A stretch of 64,000 bases of DNA, taken from the IMG/VR virus record IMGVR_UViG_3300042691_010759, one strand, 5' to 3'. Source of the DNA: an uncultured virus (IMG/VR IMGVR_UViG_3300042691_010759) (lineage: Duplodnaviria; Heunggongvirae; Uroviricota; Caudoviricetes). Below, piece after piece: positions 57,708 to 64,000 of the stretch. The number at the start of each line of letters is the position of its first letter. The first letter of the stretch is position 1. The notes below the pieces were generated by a model, which saw only the letters and a program-made list of their open reading frames with translations, made no database searches and was not told the origin of the DNA. A program made the position numbers and the translations under genes.

Positions 57708-60700
57708 TTAAACTCCCGCACAATGATTCATAAAATCAAGTACAGCTTGTTTGTTCACTTCTTTAATTTTAATATCGCTTACTTCTTGTTTTTCTTGAAC
57801 TACGGCTTTTCCTGTTCCGGTCTTTAAATAACCAGGATTGATGTAACCAAAATTCTCAAATAACTGCTTGGACAAATATAAGAAAGTTTGAGGTGCAAAC
57901 ATAGATCCGTTAGTCCCAGTATCTAGCATATCTTGACCATAGCCTTTATTATTAAACACTATAGTTTTACCCACAGACTCCTCAACAAGTTGCTCAATAG
58001 CATTGTCAATTGCTATTTTTACATCAGGATCTATATCACCATCTTTATCCCTTATTACAGAACCTCTTTCTTGTCCAGCTGGATTGCTGTAGTACATTCT
58101 AGTTGGTAAACCAAAAACATTTGATGCTTTATTATGTAATCTAGAATCATCCATTGAAGTTCCTGCAGAACGAGCATTGATTGCGTGATTATATAGATAA
58201 ATGTTCTCTGGATTATTTTGAAGCATTGCTGTCAAAGTCTCCATAGGGGAGGCCTGAATATAGTCTTGCGTACCAGGTGTTAAAGATCTTGGTGGAACAA
58301 TATCAAAAGTTTCAGAAATTTCAATTCCATTATAAGTTATGGCAATTACTTTACCTTCGTTATCTTTTATTGTAGAAACGCTACTTATTTCATATTTCTT
58401 TTCATTTGAAACAACAAGATCTCCTACTTTTTTAGGATTACGCAAATGATTATCAAACTTTTGATCTCCTTTCTTAACAGTAAGGATTTCTGTTTTTTCA
58501 GCATTAATACCTAAATCGTATGAACCACTTAACACACCATTAGGTTTTTGTTTAAACCTAACTCCCGTAAAATAATCCTTACCTCTAATTTTACCCATAC
58601 GGCTTCTATTGGCATCTTTAAATTTCTTAAAATAATCATTTAAGATACCAGAAAGTCCCATTTCTGCTATTGTTAGATTTTTTCTTTCTCTAATGACTTT
58701 GCGACTTTCAAAATGGCGCAACAAAGCTTTAGTAGATTTTTCTAATAATCTAGTAATAGGTGCTGAATCAACTAAGCGTACAAGAGAATATCTACTTTTA
58801 GTATTAAAGCCAGACTGTAAAAATGCTACTAAAGGCAATCGTTTAAAAATGTCTGTAATCTCTTGAACCTCTTGTGGAGTTTTATTTTTTACAATTTCCT
58901 TAAACGCTCTAGGATCCGCAAGAGTCTTAAGATTTTCATATGCTACATTAATCTGATCTGAATCAAGCTTAGAATCATTAAGAGCAATATTCTTAAAATT
59001 ACCAGCATTGCTTGCGTTGTCAGTTGTTTGAATAGATATGTTATTCAGAATAGAAAAATAAGCTTTTAAATCTGGATGTTTATCAAGTATTGCAAATAGT
59101 TGTTGTGCATACGTATTGTTACTCTTAAACATTTTCCAATAGTTATAAGAATTATCCAATGCTTTATTTCTAAGCCATCTTTCGTATGCCAGTGTTATTT
59201 TTCTTTGCTTAAAATTATCTACAGATTCTTCTTGTCTTTGTGCAATTTTTTTATCAGCATCTATTTCAGAAAGAAGTTCTGTAAACTCTAAATTATCTTT
59301 TAGATCTAATGGTTTGTATTTAGCACGGAGTGTCTCTCTTTCTAATACAAATTTATGATATTCTTCTACAGTTTGGAAAGCTGAGTTACTGACATGAGCC
59401 AAACCTCTTTTTTCCATTTCTTCTTTCTTGGAAAAATTTCTATCAATAAAATCTCTATTTATCGTTTTCTCATCAATATATAAAACACCATCCTGGACAA
59501 AAGCTCCAAATGTTAAATTAGGTACACGCTTGATGTTAGCATTTTGTATTTCATATCCATTGTATGTTTCAAGATCCGCTAATCTTATACCACGTATTTC
59601 ATTCTGCAAAAGATATAATGGCAAATCATTCTTAAAATCAATTACAAACTGTTCATCATTGCCTCCTGTAGCTTGAGCTAATTCTTCATCTGATAAACTA
59701 GCAAGTTTTTCTCTTATAAAATAATTTAGTTCTTCATGATTTCTCAATGGGAATACTCTACCAAGTAACTCAATTTGAAAAGGTTGAATAAAGAAACTTC
59801 CAATAGGGGAATCTGTTATTAACCTATCAACCATTTCTGTTGGAATACGTGAGTCTTTACGTAAAGCTTCAATTAGTGTTATTCGATTTTCAGCTTCAAA
59901 GAGACTACCATCTTTAGATGTATCAACGTTCATTTTCATTTTAACATCGCGCACGGACTTAGCCATTTCTTCTATTTCTAAGAAATGTAAAAATGCAGCT
60001 CTATCAAAATCCGTATACTCATGCTGTTCACCATTTTTTCTAGAAGTAGCTTCTGCTTTTATTGCAGCCCAAAGCTGATCTTTATCAAATTCACCATTGG
60101 CATTTAATACATTTTCATTAATGCGCTTAGTTGCTTCTCTCTTAATAGTATTTCCAATATACTTAAGATCATCAGCTGTTGCATCAAATCCATATTGAGG
60201 ACCTCCTAACATCTGTCTTCTTGCTTCTGATCTATAAAATTGAGGAGCATCCGGAGCCTTATTAAGTGGTATTGCAAATGTACTCTTAGCTAGTTTCTGT
60301 TCTTTTACATAACTTCGTACCATAGGCATGGATACAAAATATACTGCTTGTTCAAAAGGAACACCTGCTTGAAGCATGAATAATAAAACTGGTGATACTT
60401 CTTTGTTACCCTGGATATCAAATATCCAAGCACTCTTAGCAATATCAACCCATCCATTCATCAATCGGTTAATCATATCAGAAACTTTATACTTCCCTTC
60501 AGCATCTCTAACATGAGATAATGATATAGCATCTTCTTCTCCTACCTTACGCTTATTGTGAGGCATAAAAAGTTTTTGTCTATAATAGCTGTTAAGTTTT
60601 TTCTTTTCTGCTTTAGATAATTTTTTAGCTCCTGGTTCTCCAGCATCTGCTGCAGCTTGCCTATCAAGAAGTTCATTGTACTCCTCAGTAGTTATTCCAG

Positions 60701-63700
60701 CTGTAGGATTCATATACATTCCAATACGATTAAAAAGTGCATTGTATGTATTATCTACAGCACCTAATCCTAGAGTCTGTTTACCTACTGAGTTAGAACT
60801 ATGCTTGTAAAGATTATATCTAATTTCAAGGGCCCTTGTTGGTGAAATAATATCTTTACGCTTACCATCTTTCTCTACATAACGCTTTTGGCCATTCTTA
60901 ACGTCAAGAGGGTTATATGGTCTAACATATTGCGAAAGTTCCTCAGCTAAAGGTTCTGCAATATCTGTTGAGTTTGGTGTAATTAAAGTCTCATAATTTT
61001 CAGGAAGAGAAAGGATGTTACGGATATCTGTAATCAAATCATTCTGGATTGCTTTATCGCTCAACATTCTCTTTTTAAATTCATCAAATGTTTCAAGTTC
61101 TCCTTCTTCAATTAGCATTTCAAGAAGTTCTTTTTCCATATCTTCTGTTGATATGAACAAAGATTCTCCTGTTTCTCTATTTGTAAAATTTAATAGAAAA
61201 GCATCTAGTTCCGTAGCAGCATCTAGATCCATTCCACCTCTTGCAATCTTAGTCTTTGCATCTTTGTAAACTTCATAAGCTTCTGCAAGTTCTTGTTCAT
61301 TATAGTTCCACATTTGCGGTTCTACACTGACCATTCCTCTTTCTCTTTTAGCTTTACGAATATTTGGCATCATGACCGTAAGCTTATCAACATCAAAGTC
61401 AGCTCCAGATTTAGCTACAATTTCTGTAGGAGGAATAATAATAGATCCTGCTTCAGCTGGCAAGAACTCATATACTTCCATGAATTCCATAGAATTCATT
61501 CCTTGCACAGGAATACGTACACCTACCATTGTTACCATTTCCCGGTGACGCTTACCTTCTTTATCTAACCAAGCATCATTTTTTATCATTTCGTTTAGCC
61601 TCTCAATAGAGCCAATACGCTCACCATCATTGTGAGTAAGATCTAATAGATGAACAAATTGTCCACGTAAGGCTGCTTTGACTTTCATAGCAGCAGTAGT
61701 GCCATCTGCATTTTTTCGGTATGTAGGAAGGTCATTAGTACCATTGTACTTTTTATTATCCTCACTAGATGCATTAGTCCAATCATAACCTTCTGCTCCG
61801 TTCATTTCTTCAAAAAGAGTAGAAGCTACTTGAATTAACCCTTCTCCATTTACTTTCTGATTAATTAAACGTTTAACCATTAATGAATTAAGAGCTTTTT
61901 CAATTTGTTCGACACTCAAAGAAAGTGAAAGATCGTTTTTAATATTACCTGTGCGCGGATCAATATCAATAAAATCAAGTTCATGTTCAGCTAAATCTTT
62001 TGTAGTAAGAGACTTTTTAATGAACGCAATTAAATCACGCATTTCACCTTGAAGAATTTCTGTACCATTCTCAATTCTAGAGGTCCAGTTCATCTCCTTT
62101 AACAGCTTTTCTTTTTGAAATTGTGTTAGTCTTTCAATACTGTTTTCATATTTCTTAAGTAGCTTATATCTATTTGATTCTCCTTCTTTATCTTGAACAG
62201 CATCCCAGGCTTTGATACGTACATTAATATCTGTTTCATCAGACATAAAATCTGTAGGTACTCCTGCTTCCATTAAACCATCTTCAATAAGCTTTCTTAG
62301 CTGGGTTGAGAAGATAACTTTACCTTTAGATTCACTATGAATGTTAAGCTGATTTTTCAAGAATTCTAAATGAATAGTGTTCTTTGTAAAAGGCTCGGTT
62401 AATTCTAATGTCCTATTCTCCTTATAAAGAGTATCTGCACCACTAGCTTTACTAATAGTACTCACCTTAGATCCTGACTCAAACGTCAAATACTTAATAC
62501 CTTCTTTGAGCATTTTCTTATGAAGAGCTTCTGCATTTTTATTCTTAACTACAGATGGTATTAAAGGCATGAGTGAATACTTATGGAAAGCCATAAGATT
62601 TAATCTATTACTATGTGATAGCGGTCCCCAATATTGTGCTTTAATTACAGGGAAGAACTCTTTAACTTGAGCAGGTGATATGCGCTCTCCTTTAACAATC
62701 TTTCTGAATAAAGCTTCTTGTGTATCGGACCAATCTCCTTCTGCAACTTTTAATTCACGGTATGCATCAAATGTAATTAAACCTTGAGCATCTGCTTCAG
62801 TCATTTTTTCATAAGGTCCAACAGCATCTTCACCAAGTTGTGCTAGATAACTATCGTAATAAGCCGATTTCATATTCTGATCTTTTACTACAGCTGTAGC
62901 AAAAGTTCCATCAAATAATGATTGAGCAATACCGTCTTCTTCTGGTAATGATTTAGCATAACTTGTCTCCCATAAACGTCTATTGATATAGTTTTGCATT
63001 GCAGAATCCGTTCTATAAATAGTACCGGTAGATCCAGCTCCCGCATTTCGCTTATGAAATTCTTCTTTTACATGATTATACAATGCTAAATCCCCATAGA
63101 ACATAGCTAATGATTCAATATTATGTATCCAGTTGTTATATACATATGATTTTACTAAAGCATCTTTAGCTGAAGATAGCGTCATTGTAACACCTTCTGC
63201 TTTACCTTCTTGAATAATCTGCTCTGTAATAGTTGATGTAGCAAAATCATATTCCTTATATAACTTAGAAACTTCTTGATACTCGCTATCAAAATAACTA
63301 GTAAGAGAATCATAAATAGATTTTCTTAATCTCTCATTACTATTAATAGTATCTTCAATATCAAGAGTACCGTTTGCTAAGTTTAAAAGTAGAGTTCTAG
63401 TTTCTGGCAATAGTACATCATCAAAAGCTGAAAAGTCACCTCCTTGCTTTAAATACTTGAAATCATAAGTTTCAGGATCCATAGTTTTTAAGATCCGTAT
63501 TCTTTTAATTTCAGCTATAAGATGTGGAGTAAGTGAATCAAACAACTTTTTATTATACGCACTAGAAGGCCCTGCAAATAAATGAGCCGGAATATAATGC
63601 CTATTATTACCTCCGCGTATAGGTCCATCTACAACAACACTATAAGATGTACCCTTATCAGCATGTCTCATTAATTCTGGAGTACCCGCAAAAGATAAGT

Positions 63701-64000
63701 GTAAATCTAATATTAGTTTAGTTGCTTCATCCGCATTTGCAGATGCAATACCATTTGCTGAAGAATCATCAGCTTCTTTAAGAAGAGCTCCGGAAAGATT
63801 TGTTAATCGCAGTTCTACTAGATCACCATTATCCTTTAATCTTCTTTCTCCATATTTAGGATCGGTTTGCGGAACATCTAAATTAAATATAGACTTAAGC
63901 CAAACTGAAGCTTCTGCAAAAGGATTATAGTTTGGATTTGGTGAACCATCTGGTAAAGTTTCTCTAATATCCAAATAAGACATATGTCTTTGAGAAATTA
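57708..64000 (-). CDS. virion-packaged RNA polymerase (crAss-like, two-barrel), 5' end outside the window
   Basis: more than 2091 aa, frame open to the window edge; RIPVQG and SGADFDVDKL (catalytic DxDxD, about 61386-61400). Confidence 0.85.
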   Translation of the reverse strand, partial: ISQRHMSYLDIRETLPDGSPNPNYNPFAEASVWLKSIFNLDVPQTDPKYGERRLKDNGDLVELRLTNLSGALLKEADDSSANGIASANADEATKLILDLHLSFAGTPELMRHADKGTSYSVVVDGPIRGGNNRHYIPAHLFAGPSSAYNKKLFDSLTPHLIAEIKRIRILKTMDPETYDFKYLKQGGDFSAFDDVLLPETRTLLLNLANGTLDIEDTINSNERLRKSIYDSLTSYFDSEYQEVSKLYKEYDFATSTITEQIIQEGKAEGVTMTLSSAKDALVKSYVYNNWIHNIESLAMFYGDLALYNHVKEEFHKRNAGAGSTGTIYRTDSAMQNYINRRLWETSYAKSLPEEDGIAQSLFDGTFATAVVKDQNMKSAYYDSYLAQLGEDAVGPYEKMTEADAQGLITFDAYRELKVAEGDWSDTQEALFRKIVKGERISPAQVKEFFPVIKAQYWGPLSHSNRLNLMAFHKYSLMPLIPSVVKNKNAEALHKKMLKEGIKYLTFESGSKVSTISKASGADTLYKENRTLELTEPFTKNTIHLEFLKNQLNIHSESKGKVIFSTQLRKLIEDGLMEAGVPTDFMSDETDINVRIKAWDAVQDKEGESNRYKLLKKYENSIERLTQFQKEKLLKEMNWTSRIENGTEILQGEMRDLIAFIKKSLTTKDLAEHELDFIDIDPRTGNIKNDLSLSLSVEQIEKALNSLMVKRLINQKVNGEGLIQVASTLFEEMNGAEGYDWTNASSEDNKKYNGTNDLPTYRKNADGTTAAMKVKAALRGQFVHLLDLTHNDGERIGSIERLNEMIKNDAWLDKEGKRHREMVTMVGVRIPVQGMNSMEFMEVYEFLPAEAGSIIIPPTEIVAKSGADFDVDKLTVMMPNIRKAKRERGMVSVEPQMWNYNEQELAEAYEVYKDAKTKIARGGMDLDAATELDAFLLNFTNRETGESLFISTEDMEKELLEMLIEEGELETFDEFKKRMLSDKAIQNDLITDIRNILSLPENYETLITPNSTDIAEPLAEELSQYVRPYNPLDVKNGQKRYVEKDGKRKDIISPTRALEIRYNLYKHSSNSVGKQTLGLGAVDNTYNALFNRIGMYMNPTAGITTEEYNELLDRQAAADAGEPGAKKLSKAEKKKLNSYYRQKLFMPHNKRKVGEEDAISLSHVRDAEGKYKVSDMINRLMNGWVDIAKSAWIFDIQGNKEVSPVLLFMLQAGVPFEQAVYFVSMPMVRSYVKEQKLAKSTFAIPLNKAPDAPQFYRSEARRQMLGGPQYGFDATADDLKYIGNTIKREATKRINENVLNANGEFDKDQLWAAIKAEATSRKNGEQHEYTDFDRAAFLHFLEIEEMAKSVRDVKMKMNVDTSKDGSLFEAENRITLIEALRKDSRIPTEMVDRLITDSPIGSFFIQPFQIELLGRVFPLRNHEELNYFIREKLASLSDEELAQATGGNDEQFVIDFKNDLPLYLLQNEIRGIRLADLETYNGYEIQNANIKRVPNLTFGAFVQDGVLYIDEKTINRDFIDRNFSKKEEMEKRGLAHVSNSAFQTVEEYHKFVLERETLRAKYKPLDLKDNLEFTELLSEIDADKKIAQRQEESVDNFKQRKITLAYERWLRNKALDNSYNYWKMFKSNNTYAQQLFAILDKHPDLKAYFSILNNISIQTTDNASNAGNFKNIALNDSKLDSDQINVAYENLKTLADPRAFKEIVKNKTPQEVQEITDIFKRLPLVAFLQSGFNTKSRYSLVRLVDSAPITRLLEKSTKALLRHFESRKVIRERKNLTIAEMGLSGILNDYFKKFKDANRSRMGKIRGKDYFTGVRFKQKPNGVLSGSYDLGINAEKTEILTVKKGDQKFDNHLRNPKKVGDLVVSNEKKYEISSVSTIKDNEGKVIAITYNGIEISETFDIVPPRSLTPGTQDYIQASPMETLTAMLQNNPENIYLYNHAINARSAGTSMDDSRLHNKASNVFGLPTRMYYSNPAGQERGSVIRDKDGDIDPDVKIAIDNAIEQLVEESVGKTIVFNNKGYGQDMLDTGTNGSMFAPQTFLYLSKQLFENFGYINPGYLKTGTGKAVVQEKQEVSDIKIKEVNKQAVLDFMNHCAGV

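Noticed and set aside
1..64000. Stop-codon reassignment as in some crAss-like phages
   Set aside because: Conserved genes are full length in the standard code, and TAA, TAG and TGA all occur at plausible gene ends.
1..64000. Integrase, transposase, reverse transcriptase or diversity-generating retroelement
   Set aside because: No such motifs recognised in any ORF of this window.

Overview
This window is a 64 kb piece of a large AT-rich lytic dsDNA phage of Bacteroidota, most likely crAss-like (Crassvirales or a relative). The main support is a giant virion RNA polymerase with a DFDVD catalytic motif, a giant zincin-containing virion protein, PolB, DnaG, DnaB and TAnnTTTG host-type promoters. 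(1) 1-5.9 kb, minus strand: structural and tail-like genes. (2) A strand switch near 6.0-6.3 kb, then a C-rich early region of small genes, most with their own terminator. (3) About 10.5-49.3 kb, plus strand: DNA metabolism and accessory genes (DUF2828/TROVE-like vWA protein, HNH, SF2 and SF1 helicases, SplB-like radical SAM, UDG, NADAR, DnaB, AAA ATPase, SSB-like, primase, RuvC-like, vWA-peptidase/MoxR pair, PD-(D/E)XK nuclease, PolB, GH73, two PAPS-reductase-like proteins). (4) 49.4-64 kb, minus strand: giant virion proteins; the RNAP ORF runs off the right edge. The most notable unexplained structure is six DNA hairpins (..CG-3/4 nt loop-CG..), each followed at fixed spacing by CAACYCY, in front of successive early genes. 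These are candidate N4-like hairpin promoters for the virion RNAP. Also notable: tandem structured RNAs upstream of the Ro60-like gene, a tRNA-like RNA without a normal anticodon loop, several other structured intergenic RNAs, and a gene array joined by a repeated TTTAAATCAGAATAAGATG junction. All family calls come from motif recognition by eye, not database searches.
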